Below, piece after piece: positions 16,120 through 25,203 of a stretch of DNA of 31,220 bases (positions are counted from its first letter, which is position 1; each line of letters opens with the position of its first letter). The DNA comes from a virus (Duplodnaviria; Caudoviricetes): positions 1-31,220 of the IMG/VR virus record IMGVR_UViG_3300023081_000053; one strand, 5' to 3'. The position numbers and the translations under genes were made by a program. The notes under the pieces are model-generated. The model was not told the DNA's origin and did not search any database. It saw only the letters and a program-made list of their open reading frames with translations.

Positions 16120-16687
16120 TCATTTTTCTGTGATCAGTAAGAGCCTTACCTCTCTTAAAGCTGTTGATAGGATTTTCGTCCTTGTACTTACGCCACAACG
16201 CAGCCGATTTCTTTTTGTCGGATGGATCCGTTTGAGTGACAAACAGTTGAGGCTGTAGATCGTAGCGCCAGTTGTTGATGTCTCTCATGCGGCGTATTCC
16301 ACCTGCCGTTACGCCCTGACAGTAGAAGCCCATAGCTTTCCAGAAACCATTTGCTGCAATATCAGAGCCGCAACGCAAGCTAATTGACAATCCGTTGGAT
16401 GCGGACACGAGGTCAATCAGGTGCCTGATTAGAGCGGCACCGTATAACTGACCTCGCAGATCATATTCAATACAAGCCTGATGTATCTTCACCTGCTGCC
16501 CAAGGGAACCATGATAGATGTAGCCAGCGGGATCATTGTTGACACGAGCCAGAAGTATTCTGTGATTTAATATCTCACGCTCGAATACCTGCCTTGGATA
16601 AAACGCTAAGTCCTCTGCGTTCTTCCGTTGCAGATGATCGATGTAAGGCAAATCACTTTCTACTGCTGGCACGACTTGTATATCCAT
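16055..16687 (-). CDS. GNAT-family acetyltransferase
   Basis: IHQACI..DLRGQLYGAALI acetyl-CoA-binding motif and ANGFWKAMGF. Confidence 0.8.
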   Translation of the reverse strand: MDIQVVPAVESDLPYIDHLQRKNAEDLAFYPRQVFEREILNHRILLARVNNDPAGYIYHGSLGQQVKIHQACIEYDLRGQLYGAALIRHLIDLVSASNGLSISLRCGSDIAANGFWKAMGFYCQGVTAGGIRRMRDINNWRYDLQPQLFVTQTDPSDKKKSAALWRKYKDENPINSFKRGKALTDHRKMIEDKDADEKVARLSLPKARQD

Positions 16688-16690
16688 TGA

Positions 16691-17509
16691 TCATTTTGGC
16701 CTACAGTTACGGGTATCCCAGTCGTCCATGTAAAAGCCATCAGAAGGAAGGTAGGCTTTAGTCATTTCACTGGAATTTTTAAACTTGTGCCAAGACAACA
16801 TGATGTATTTCATCCTTGTAATTGTAGTCATCTTGTCCTTATGGCGCTCATCGTTGTTTAATTTTTCTCTGATATAAACAACTGGGTCATTTGGATAATT
16901 CATTTGACCATCTCGCCATGTTCTAATGAATTCATTTCCTTGATCAGCGTATCCAGTTTTAGAAGCAATGTAGTGTATTGCACCTAATAATGCGTCAGCT
17001 TTGTAGTAAGTTTTCCTACAAAAACACACGCTCTCAACCAAGTCTGGATTAGCTGCCAAAACACCATCAAGTTGATGTACGGTATATCCGTGATCCTTTG
17101 CCGTTTTGTTGGCAATCAATGCAACCATCTTCACAGTATGCGCAAGAGGACCTGCATTATCGTAGCCTCTTATTTTAAGCCTATCAGAGTATGTGCGTTT
17201 TTTTCCGCTATCAATTGATAGGATTGCTTCTTCTGGAAGGTCTTCCACAAGTATCGTCCAGAAAGGTTTTTTAGCTCTCTCGCATGCCATCAGACGTTGT
17301 TGACCGTCAATCAGCACACCATTTTCTGCTACACATATTGTTGAACCATTCAGATGAAAGTTATCTTGCAACATGTCTGTGTGATAAAGGCTCACAACAC
17401 GTTTAGATGCCTTTCTATTTCTTGTGTTTTTATTAAGAAGTTCACTCGCCTTTTCTGGGGTCATGAGAAACTTGTTTACTTTGATCTTTTCGATTTGATG
17501 CTGTTGCAT
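16691..17509 (-). CDS. ParB/Srx-like (DGQxR) domain protein
   Basis: TPE.A..LL..N.RNR, Y..DM...F.LNG.TI and LIDGQQRL.A motifs; AGGAG RBS. Confidence 0.7.
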   Translation of the reverse strand: MQQHQIEKIKVNKFLMTPEKASELLNKNTRNRKASKRVVSLYHTDMLQDNFHLNGSTICVAENGVLIDGQQRLMACERAKKPFWTILVEDLPEEAILSIDSGKKRTYSDRLKIRGYDNAGPLAHTVKMVALIANKTAKDHGYTVHQLDGVLAANPDLVESVCFCRKTYYKADALLGAIHYIASKTGYADQGNEFIRTWRDGQMNYPNDPVVYIREKLNNDERHKDKMTTITRMKYIMLSWHKFKNSSEMTKAYLPSDGFYMDDWDTRNCRPK

Positions 17510-17530
17510 TTTCCACTCCTAACAAAAAAA

Positions 17531-17863
17531 TTAAAACGGTATCTCATCGTCTAAGTCTTGAGAACTTTGACTGGGTCGATATCCGTTGTTGTTTTGATAC
17601 CCAGACGGTGCTTGGTATCCGCTCTTTTCCTTGCGCTCTCTCAACAAGTCGCCGCGCAAGGACAGAAATGGTCTGCCACCCTTGGATGTCTTTCTCCACC
17701 CAACGAGATTGGCCTTCGGGTTCTTCACCCCTTCCTGTAATTGGTTCCATAAGTCTGTCACCGTTTCACTATTGAGTTCGATGTTGCCAGTGTAATCTGG
17801 CTGACGATCATTTTGTTTCCTGTCGTTCTGAAACAGGATGCCTGATGCGGGATATTCTGACAT
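17531..17863 (-). CDS. Single-stranded DNA-binding-like protein
   Basis: G.LF.N..K....PDYTG motif and acidic DLDDEIPF tail; adjacent to Sak. Confidence 0.7.
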   Translation of the reverse strand: MSEYPASGILFQNDRKQNDRQPDYTGNIELNSETVTDLWNQLQEGVKNPKANLVGWRKTSKGGRPFLSLRGDLLRERKEKSGYQAPSGYQNNNGYRPSQSSQDLDDEIPF

Positions 17864-18597
17864 TACTTTTTCTCCTTTAGTTCTGCCTTCTTGGCTGAGA
17901 TCACCTGCCCAACCTCTTCATACTTTGAAAACGCTTCTTCCTTTGCGCGTTCAAACATCTCTTTATTAGCAAGATAAAAACCGTTCAAAGTCTTTTCGGA
18001 CTTGATGGTATTAATCCATGCTATCGCCAGTGTTGCCCAGCTATCCCAGTCGTAAACAGCACGAGGTTCACGATCCGCTTCCTTGTAGGCACCAGTGTTC
18101 TTCATGTAGCCCAAGAGTTTCTCATCTTTGTTCAATTGAACTTTTTCCTCAGAGGGCGGCTCAGGAGCCTTTTCTTTTTTCTGGGGGGTAGGCTTAGGAT
18201 TTTCCTTTCCCTCACTCTGCGGGGCCTCTCCGTTGCTCTGAGGGATATCCTCACCCGCATAAATGTAGTGGCCCAAGCCATGCATGGCGATAGCCTTGGC
18301 AAAGCAGCGCATTCTGGCATCACTAATTTGACGTGATGTCGGTCCAGAGATAGCATTGTTTCTGTTGTCCATGACTGGCAACCACATCATGTGATCCTGA
18401 TCTTCTACAGTCACGGTGACCCGCACCTCAACGGTGCTATCGGGATAGATGATGTCATCATGAACTGTGTATGACGCAGTCGGGTACTTAGACTTTACCT
18501 CGCCCCAAGCCCAAGCCCAAGACAGGTAACTCAATCCCATCTTCTCTTGCTTTTTGTCATTCACATTAATTGAGGACAGTGTTTTCCATACTGACAT
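17863..18597 (-). CDS. sak: Sak (Rad52-like, DUF1071) single-strand annealing protein
   Basis: LSYLSWAWAW, LPVMD.RN and MRC.AKAIA.HGLG.YIYAGED motifs. Likely ATG at 18597. Confidence 0.85.
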   Translation of the reverse strand: MSVWKTLSSINVNDKKQEKMGLSYLSWAWAWGEVKSKYPTASYTVHDDIIYPDSTVEVRVTVTVEDQDHMMWLPVMDNRNNAISGPTSRQISDARMRCFAKAIAMHGLGHYIYAGEDIPQSNGEAPQSEGKENPKPTPQKKEKAPEPPSEEKVQLNKDEKLLGYMKNTGAYKEADREPRAVYDWDSWATLAIAWINTIKSEKTLNGFYLANKEMFERAKEEAFSKYEEVGQVISAKKAELKEKK

Positions 18598-18649
18598 TAC
18601 TTTCTCCACTTGCTTTTTTACTTTTTTACTGTAAACTAATTGTTAATGA

Positions 18650-18991
18650 TTACTGAGTTATGGTCACTTGGTTTTCCTTTACAGTTGGTGAGTGAGGGGG
18701 GGAGCTTTTAGCTCCCTTCTTTCTTTTAGCCCTTGGCTCTTTCTCTCCCCCATGTTTCCAAACCATCTCATGGATCGGGCCACTTTTATCTCCGTAAACT
18801 CTAGATGTTCTTCTGTCACCAAGCGCGGCTTGTTTTTGGATGACCTTCACTTTTGTTGTATCTTGTTTACGCAAAAAGTAATCAGCAGCATCTTCTAACT
18901 GATCTTCAATAGAAACTAAATGCTTCAAGCCTTCAGCTTGTATCTCCAAGTCAATACAAATCACCGCTCTCATTTTCTTTTTAGTTGGCAT
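18650..18991 (-). CDS. Hypothetical basic protein
   Basis: Likely start MPTKKK at 18991, overlapping the end of the exonuclease gene; Lys-rich. Confidence 0.55.
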   Translation of the reverse strand: MPTKKKMRAVICIDLEIQAEGLKHLVSIEDQLEDAADYFLRKQDTTKVKVIQKQAALGDRRTSRVYGDKSGPIHEMVWKHGGEKEPRAKRKKGAKSSPPHSPTVKENQVTITQ

Positions 18992-19886
18992 TCTTCCATC
19001 CTTTAAATTGATCACAAAACTCTGCCACTCCGCAGTAGTTTCCTTCGCAGCGGGTCTTCTCACCCTTGCGATATTCAATCTCACAATTTCCCTTGAGCGC
19101 AGTGTTTGCATTCGCATGTCTAACAGCCTCGTCTTCAGACTGATGAACCTTCATCGCTCTTTTCTGGCCCTTCTTCTTAACGGCCCACGTATCAGGCTTC
19201 GCCCACTGATCTTCTGGAGAGCATACAGGAAACTGATCATACAGATCGCTAAACATCTGCGCTTCTTGGTGGGCATCAATGCGCTCTTGAATGTAATCCT
19301 CTCGCTCGTCTTTGCTCCACAGGGGCAGATCAACAATCACCACTGGTGACTGAGGATACTCAGGATCGAATTCTGCCTTGCGTCTTTGCCAGTCTCTGAG
19401 GATAGCGCAGATGCGCAGCTTGCTTACAGTCTTGCCACGGTTCGCACCTTCCTTGGAATTCTCAACGAGCCAAGCGTAGCAGTTTTGCTGGCGCTCCCAC
19501 TCAACCTTGCCAAGGATTACTGACCAAGCAGACGTAACCTTGTAGTCAGTGATTTGCACAGTGCCATCCTCAAGAACCTCTTGATGGTCAAGCGCACCAG
19601 AGATAGTCCAGTTCGCAACGTCCGCATAGAGACGTTCCTCTACCTGCACGTTATTAGGATCGTCGGCGCTCTCAAGAATATGATGGACCGCTGTACCAAA
19701 CAGAGGCCAGATCATGTCAACAACATCCTTCTCCATTTTGTCAGCGTGTAAGTCTTTCATCAACCGCACCCGTGGTGCGTCGATCAATGTTGTAATGCTG
19801 ATGTCAGCTTTGCCCTTCGAATACTTATCGTCTCTTGCAAAATTCAAGAACGCATCAGGCAGGTTATAGTTGTTAGTTATTTTCAT
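18981..19886 (-). CDS. Cas4-like PD-(D/E)XK exonuclease
   Basis: GTAVH..LE, G.LD, DYKVT, Q.N.Y motifs and C-terminal C..NYC....FC cysteine cluster. Likely ATG at 19886. Confidence 0.8.
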   Translation of the reverse strand: MKITNNYNLPDAFLNFARDDKYSKGKADISITTLIDAPRVRLMKDLHADKMEKDVVDMIWPLFGTAVHHILESADDPNNVQVEERLYADVANWTISGALDHQEVLEDGTVQITDYKVTSAWSVILGKVEWERQQNCYAWLVENSKEGANRGKTVSKLRICAILRDWQRRKAEFDPEYPQSPVVIVDLPLWSKDEREDYIQERIDAHQEAQMFSDLYDQFPVCSPEDQWAKPDTWAVKKKGQKRAMKVHQSEDEAVRHANANTALKGNCEIEYRKGEKTRCEGNYCGVAEFCDQFKGWKNAN

Positions 19887-19958
19887 TGTTTTCTCCACTC
19901 GTATGTAGTTAAATCACATAAGGAACATAAAGTCAAATGGGATTATTTGGGGGAAGAT

Positions 19959-20381
19959 ATGGCTGCATTTGATGTTACGTTTACGGTGTATGGTGAACCT
20001 GCGTCGAAAGCAAATTCACGTAAGATGGTCATGATAAAAGGCAGACCAGCCTTGATCAAGTCCCAGAAAGCACGGGACTATGTGAGTTTCTTTGAGGCGC
20101 AATGCCCCACTTTGAAAGTGCCGACAACAGATGATGTCATAGTTGAGATGATGATTTACTATGCATCCCGCCGCCCAGACTTGGACGAAAGCCTGATCCT
20201 AGATTGCATGCAGAACCGCATCTACAAAAACGATAGGCAGGTAAAACAAAAATTTATTTACTGGGGTTTAGACAAAGAAAATCCACGGTCAATAATTAGA
20301 GTTCGCTCGTGTAATATAAAAAATATTCCACAGTATTTATTATCGGAAGACGTTACGGTAGACGATATTACATATCGGTAG
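19959..20381 (+). CDS. rusA: RusA-like Holliday junction resolvase
   Basis: GEP.SKAN, R.DLD....LD and IY.NDRQV motifs. Confidence 0.85.
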   Translation: MAAFDVTFTVYGEPASKANSRKMVMIKGRPALIKSQKARDYVSFFEAQCPTLKVPTTDDVIVEMMIYYASRRPDLDESLILDCMQNRIYKNDRQVKQKFIYWGLDKENPRSIIRVRSCNIKNIPQYLLSEDVTVDDITYR

Positions 20382-20432
20382 TCTAAGTATATATATATAT
20401 ATTATATTATTAGGCAGCAAAAAAATCGTAGA

Positions 20433-20462
20433 TTGACGGACGCTATTCGTATCCCCTATGAT
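20433..20462 (+). promoter_or_regulatory. Sigma70-like promoter for the primase-helicase
   Basis: TTGACG-N18-TATGAT, followed by AGGAG RBS and GTG start at 20487. Confidence 0.6.
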
Positions 20463-20486
20463 GCTCGAATAGAGTAGGAGATAGCC

Positions 20487-22268
20487 GTGCAAATCGAACA
20501 GCAAGTTCGTGGCGAGGCATACAGATTAGGGCAAGGTCAATACAAAATAAAATGCCCAAGCTGTAGTCCCAGCCGCAAAAACAAAACCGATAAAACGCTT
20601 TCTCTCAAAATAGAACAAGACAAGATACTGTTTCAGTGCTGGCACTGTAATCAGCAGGGCATTGTTCCTTTGAGTGATGGCTTTACAAAAACAAATAGAG
20701 TGGAACCAATGTCCGTTGCAAAGAACGTAAACAAATCCCCGCTTACAGATGCGGCACTGGCATGGCTGAGTAGCCGTGGGATCAGTGAAGAGACTGCCAA
20801 GAAAGCTAAACTTGTTTCAACTTCATCTTGGATACAGGCACTCAACAAGGAAACAGAATGCATCATGTTTCCGTACACAAACGAGGGTCAAGAATATGCA
20901 TACAAGGTGCGGTCCATTGAGAGCAAAGGGTTCAAGTGCAATGGCGCACCTCAAACTTTTTTTAATTTGCAAAACGTCCAGCGGGACGATGATCTAATCA
21001 TATGCGAGGGCGAGATGGATGCTCTTGCGTTTATGGAAACGGGTTACGAAAGCGTTGTGTCAATCCCAAACGGGGCAGTCATGAAGGTTGTCGATGGAAA
21101 CATCGATCCAAAGGAAGATAATAAATTCAAATACTTATGGGCAGCAAAGAAGAAAATCGATGCCGCCAGTCGTATCATCATCGCTATGGATGCGGACGCA
21201 GCGGGACAGGCAACCGCTGAAGAGATCGCTCGTCGTATCGGAAAGGATCGATGCTTCAAGATAGAGTACCCAGAGGGGTGCAAGGATGCCAACGATGTCT
21301 TGTTGAACTCTGGCAAGGATGGCATTGATGATATCGTGGTTGCCGCCAAGCCGTGGCCTGTCGCTGGTCTATATGATGCGTCTCATTTCTATGATCAGAT
21401 CGATGAGATCTACGAAAAAGGAATGGGACGTGGCGAGAGTACGGGATACGATAACGTCGATGAGTTATACACCATTGTCACTGGTCAGCTTACCGTGGTG
21501 ACGGGTCATCCATCATCAGGTAAGTCGGAATTCATTGATCAGATTATGGTCAACATGGCACAAGAAAAAGATTGGAAGTTTGCAATCTGTTCTTTTGAAA
21601 ATGAACCGCGTCTTCATATTGCCAAGCTGATCAGCAAGTATATTCGTAAGCCTTTCTTCGAAGGTGCAACAGATAGAATAACCCAAGAGGAGCTGAATCG
21701 CGGAAAGGAATTTGTTCAATCGCACTTTTCTTTTCTCTATCAGGCAGACGGTTCGATGTCTTCTATCGAAAGCATCATTGAAAGATTGAAGGTTGCAGTC
21801 ATGCGGCACGGGGTTCGAGGTGCCATCATTGACCCATACAACTACATCCAGAAGGGGCGGGATGTCAGCGAAACTGAATGGGTTTCTGATATTCTGACAA
21901 GGTTGCGCGTGTTTGCTCAGGCACATGGAATTCACCTTTGGTTCGTAGCTCATCCAGCAAAGATGATGCGGGACCAGTCAGGAAATGTACCTGCTCCCAA
22001 GGGGTATGATATCTCAGGCAGTGCAGCTTGGTTCGCCAAGGCTGACGTGGGTCTGACAGTTCACAGACCAGACCCTGCGCGTTCTCGTGTTTCAGAAATC
22101 CACATATGGAAATGTCGTTTCTCTTGGGTTGGAAAGCAGGGCAATACCGATCTTGCCTTTGACGTGCCAACGTCAACATACAAGAAGCACATACCAGATC
22201 CGATACTGGATGCGCCAACTCCATACACAGAAGTTGATATAGACTTTGACCAAATCTTCGGACAATAA
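20487..22268 (+). CDS. Toprim primase / SF4 helicase (T7 gp4/Twinkle-like)
   Basis: CPSC..CWHC zinc finger, EGEMD and D.D..G Toprim motifs, KDAND, Walker A GHPSSGKS, IIDPYN, VAHP and ISGSA. Confidence 0.95.
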   Translation: MQIEQQVRGEAYRLGQGQYKIKCPSCSPSRKNKTDKTLSLKIEQDKILFQCWHCNQQGIVPLSDGFTKTNRVEPMSVAKNVNKSPLTDAALAWLSSRGISEETAKKAKLVSTSSWIQALNKETECIMFPYTNEGQEYAYKVRSIESKGFKCNGAPQTFFNLQNVQRDDDLIICEGEMDALAFMETGYESVVSIPNGAVMKVVDGNIDPKEDNKFKYLWAAKKKIDAASRIIIAMDADAAGQATAEEIARRIGKDRCFKIEYPEGCKDANDVLLNSGKDGIDDIVVAAKPWPVAGLYDASHFYDQIDEIYEKGMGRGESTGYDNVDELYTIVTGQLTVVTGHPSSGKSEFIDQIMVNMAQEKDWKFAICSFENEPRLHIAKLISKYIRKPFFEGATDRITQEELNRGKEFVQSHFSFLYQADGSMSSIESIIERLKVAVMRHGVRGAIIDPYNYIQKGRDVSETEWVSDILTRLRVFAQAHGIHLWFVAHPAKMMRDQSGNVPAPKGYDISGSAAWFAKADVGLTVHRPDPARSRVSEIHIWKCRFSWVGKQGNTDLAFDVPTSTYKKHIPDPILDAPTPYTEVDIDFDQIFGQ

Positions 22269-22413
22269 ATTTGTGATCGTCAGAGAAGGCGAGACGGGTC
22301 CTGTACTGCATGTATTTGTAGGGGGGAATGAGGTTGCAGTGGTTGAGCTTAACTCAAGAGAGACACTGCGTCTTATTAGCAACTTAGCAGATAAGATGTT
22401 CGAAACGATTTGA
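22246..22413 (+). CDS. Small hypothetical protein (55 aa), absent from the ORF track
   Basis: TTG start overlapping the helicase end; MTKSSDNKFVIVREGETGPVLHVFVGGNEVAVVELNSRETLRLISNLADKMFETI. Start codon uncertain. Confidence 0.55.
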   Translation: MTKSSDNKFVIVREGETGPVLHVFVGGNEVAVVELNSRETLRLISNLADKMFETI

Positions 22414-22481
22414 CCTACTACATATAGAGTGCTAGGTCTTGTGTGAGGATATTGGTTTACACATCTTCTCCACTCTTGACT

Positions 22482-22510
22482 GGGTCACCTTCGGGTGACC
22501 CTTTTCTTTT
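22482..22510 (+). terminator. Rho-independent terminator
   Basis: GGGTCACC-TTCG-GGTGACCC hairpin followed by TTTTCTTTT. Confidence 0.9.
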
Positions 22511-22544
22511 AAAAAAGGCAGGGAAGATTTCTCCTCTTCCCTGC
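22511..22544 (-). terminator. Rho-independent terminator of the leftward block
   Basis: On the - strand, GCAGGGAAGA-N7-TCTTCCCTGC then CTTTTTT. Confidence 0.8.
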
Positions 22545-22591
22545 TAGTTTCACACCAACCCGCGAGGCAGACGCCAGTAAACGTCAGCGGG

Positions 22592-22798
22592 TTAGTGGAT
22601 CGAAATATCTTCAACATCGTCTATCTGCATTAAAGCATTTGCGATGTTGAGCATTATGCGCGGGAAGTCGTCTTTCATTTGATATGCCATGACGACATTC
22701 ACAATCAAGTCACACACTTGCATTCTGTTTGCTGATGGCGGCAAGCGAAGGATAATATCCAGTATTTTATCAGCATCAAGCTCTTCAGTTTCCATCAA
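22592..22798 (-). CDS. Hypothetical protein
   Basis: 68 aa, start overlaps the upstream stop codon. Confidence 0.7.
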   Translation of the reverse strand: MMETEELDADKILDIILRLPPSANRMQVCDLIVNVVMAYQMKDDFPRIMLNIANALMQIDDVEDISIH

Positions 22799-23577
22799 TA
22801 CCCCATGAGTTCTTTTGTAACTGTATCCCTAATGCGTCTTCTAAGCAAGCTTTCGCATCTGGAAAACTCTTTGTGATAGGCGCGGACATCAGTCTCATTA
22901 CCAGTGGGGTAGCTCATTAACCAACCTGTCTCCATCTCTGCCTTCTTGTTTTTTGCTTTGACTGCCACAACTTCATAAGCATATATGCCTTGGTCGGTCA
23001 GGCGAGAAAGATCACGGGGCTTAACAGCCATGATAAATCGATTGCCATCGCCAGCAACGGCAATCGATAAGCCTTTACGATTGATCGTGCTGTACCAAGT
23101 AATTGGAACATTGACCACCCAATCATACTGACCGTAGTCTTGCCTCTCCTTTTCAACAAAAAGGTTGCCGCTCATCACTGGTCGAATTTGCCAACGCATG
23201 GAAGGAAAGCATACTTTTAAAGCACTCTCTCCATACAGGCACGATGCTTCCTTTGACTTTTGGATGATTGTTTTAGGAGCATCATCTACTCCTTGGACTT
23301 TTCGCAAACGTCTTATTTGCCTGATCAAGTTTGCTCCATACCTTGCGCAAAAATTTGCGTCTTCCATTGGTAATTCTTTCAAACCCCTTGGTGCGTCTGG
23401 ATAATCAAAAGACTTCCATTCGAATTGGTTTGGGTTGTAAGCAAAGTTTTTGATGTTTTCGTCTGAGAACTCATGAGCCTTAAAGAACAGACCAAGAGCT
23501 TTGCTCATCCGCTTGATCGCAAAGTAGTTATTCTTTGCGAAAGTGTTTTTATTTTTTACATAGATTACAGTAGACAT
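22795..23577 (-). CDS. Hypothetical protein
   Basis: 260-aa ORF in the operon; no family recognised. Confidence 0.75.
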   Translation of the reverse strand: MSTVIYVKNKNTFAKNNYFAIKRMSKALGLFFKAHEFSDENIKNFAYNPNQFEWKSFDYPDAPRGLKELPMEDANFCARYGANLIRQIRRLRKVQGVDDAPKTIIQKSKEASCLYGESALKVCFPSMRWQIRPVMSGNLFVEKERQDYGQYDWVVNVPITWYSTINRKGLSIAVAGDGNRFIMAVKPRDLSRLTDQGIYAYEVVAVKAKNKKAEMETGWLMSYPTGNETDVRAYHKEFSRCESLLRRRIRDTVTKELMGY

Positions 23578-23608
23578 TTTGTTTCACGTCCTTCCACGTC
23601 TTTTAGTT

Positions 23609-23806
23609 CTATTGAACTTTTTCCACACTGAAGCCTCGCCTTTCCAGCGATAGCCTATACTCGCGCAATTCTTTTCGCGCTTCCCATAAATACTTGTGAG
23701 CATTCGGGTGGTGGTCACTCCGATTTGCTTCTCGTTCCCATTTAGATACCTCGTTTCTTAGGTATCTCATGTAAGCTCTCTGCTCTGGCCCAATATGTCT
23801 TTGCAT
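23609..23806 (-). CDS. Hypothetical basic helical protein
   Basis: 65 aa, helical-hairpin-like composition. Confidence 0.65.
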   Translation of the reverse strand: MQRHIGPEQRAYMRYLRNEVSKWEREANRSDHHPNAHKYLWEARKELREYRLSLERRGFSVEKVQ

Positions 23807-23952
23807 GGATCTCTCACAATTAAATAAAACGGATCATCAATGCCGCCTTCCCAGCGGTCATCGACGAGGGCTTCACACGTCATCGCCCACCACAGTGGAC
23901 GAAGATCGACGCCCTCTTCTTGAAGTAGAGCATCGATCTCGCAGTTTGTCAT
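23767..23952 (-). CDS. Hypothetical protein
   Basis: 61 aa with AGGAG RBS right after the VWA gene. Confidence 0.55.
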   Translation of the reverse strand: MTNCEIDALLQEEGVDLRPLWWAMTCEALVDDRWEGGIDDPFYLIVRDPCKDILGQSRELT

Positions 23953-23961
23953 TACTTCTCC

Positions 23962-25089
23962 TTATGCTTGGATGTAAGTTGTTTCCCCCCAAGGTGCGGG
24001 GCTTGCTTGATCCCAAGACGAAACCCAAAGCACTGGGTAGTCAGGTTTGTCTGGGAAGTCATGGATGCAAAGGTCAGTGAAGACTACTAGGTTGTCTACC
24101 TCAATGCCTTTGTCTTCCACATATTGGAAGGCGGGAGACACCATTGTGCCGCCACGCCCACCCAATTCGATGGTGTCTATCTCTTCACCCTGTTCGTATC
24201 TGCGAACGGTCTGAACCCTTGCATCAAAGGTGATGACCGTGATCGATTTGGGTTTGAGATCTTGGCTGATCGCGTTCATCTCTCCAAGGAAACTGGGAAG
24301 CTCACGGCTAGATGAAACGGATCCGCTGCTATCGATCAGCGCAACAAGATGACCAGCGCCCAGCTTCTCAATGGATGGGGCAACAATGCCGCTCATGTGA
24401 TACATTTTGCGCTGAGGTTTGCGCATGCTGTAGTCATCTGGCTGATCACCACCGACAAACCTGCGCATCTTATCGCGCCAGTCTACTTGGCTGCGCTTCA
24501 TGCGCTCAATCATTTCTTTGATTGCAGTGGGCAGATTGCCAACAGCCTTTGCGCCAGTCGCAGCCATCATGATCTTGCTATCCACGTCAGCTTCCATCTG
24601 CTTGGCCTCAGCCTGAGAGACAGGGTTGCCCATGTCGTTAGTCGCGTCCACAACCTGACCGACAGATGCTGCCTGACCAAAGCGTTCCTTGGCATCCTCT
24701 GGCAGTCTGTCAAAGATCGCCTCAGCCATAAGACCCTTATACTGTTCGTCGTACAGGCCACCTTTCGGCAAGATAAATCCAGCCTCAATGAGGATTTCAT
24801 TGATCGCAAAGTCACATGCGATGTTCCAGAGTTCTGGATCACGATCTCCACGGCGAAGGTTGTGCTTCATCGTAACATGCATCACCTCATGAGCCATGAC
24901 GCCCACGGTTTCTTCTTGATCCATGCCATCAACAAAATCTGGTGACCACAAGATAGACTTGCCATCCGTACACATGGTCGGGATGGTCGTGTCTGGTGCG
25001 ACACGCAGGGATAGCGCAAGCGACCCGAAGAACGGGTGCTTCACTACAAGGCGCGTAACTGCACGGGATACTTTCATTTGTGCGTCCAT
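23962..25089 (-). CDS. Metallopeptidase-VWA protein (DUF2201-like), MoxR partner
   Basis: TMCTDG, HEVMH, WNIACD..IN, MIDAS DSSGS, GRGGT and FTD motifs. Likely ATG at 25089. Confidence 0.88.
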   Translation of the reverse strand: MDAQMKVSRAVTRLVVKHPFFGSLALSLRVAPDTTIPTMCTDGKSILWSPDFVDGMDQEETVGVMAHEVMHVTMKHNLRRGDRDPELWNIACDFAINEILIEAGFILPKGGLYDEQYKGLMAEAIFDRLPEDAKERFGQAASVGQVVDATNDMGNPVSQAEAKQMEADVDSKIMMAATGAKAVGNLPTAIKEMIERMKRSQVDWRDKMRRFVGGDQPDDYSMRKPQRKMYHMSGIVAPSIEKLGAGHLVALIDSSGSVSSSRELPSFLGEMNAISQDLKPKSITVITFDARVQTVRRYEQGEEIDTIELGGRGGTMVSPAFQYVEDKGIEVDNLVVFTDLCIHDFPDKPDYPVLWVSSWDQASPAPWGETTYIQA

Positions 25090-25203
25090 ACCACACTCCA
25101 CTTTCTTTTTTTGGGTAGCAAACGTACCCAAGGTTTTAGTTCTATTGAACTTTTTTGCTTGGGATAGTTGAAGGCCATCAACTATCCGCGTAAGCTGCTG
25201 ATT

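Noticed and set aside
18981-19886. Cas4-like gene as evidence of a CRISPR-Cas system
   Set aside because: No array or other cas genes; its context beside Sak and SSB indicates a recombination exonuclease.
22432-22464. 10-codon - strand mini-ORF MCKPISSHKT after GGAG
   Set aside because: SD spacing is only 3 nt and it lies beyond the - strand terminator.
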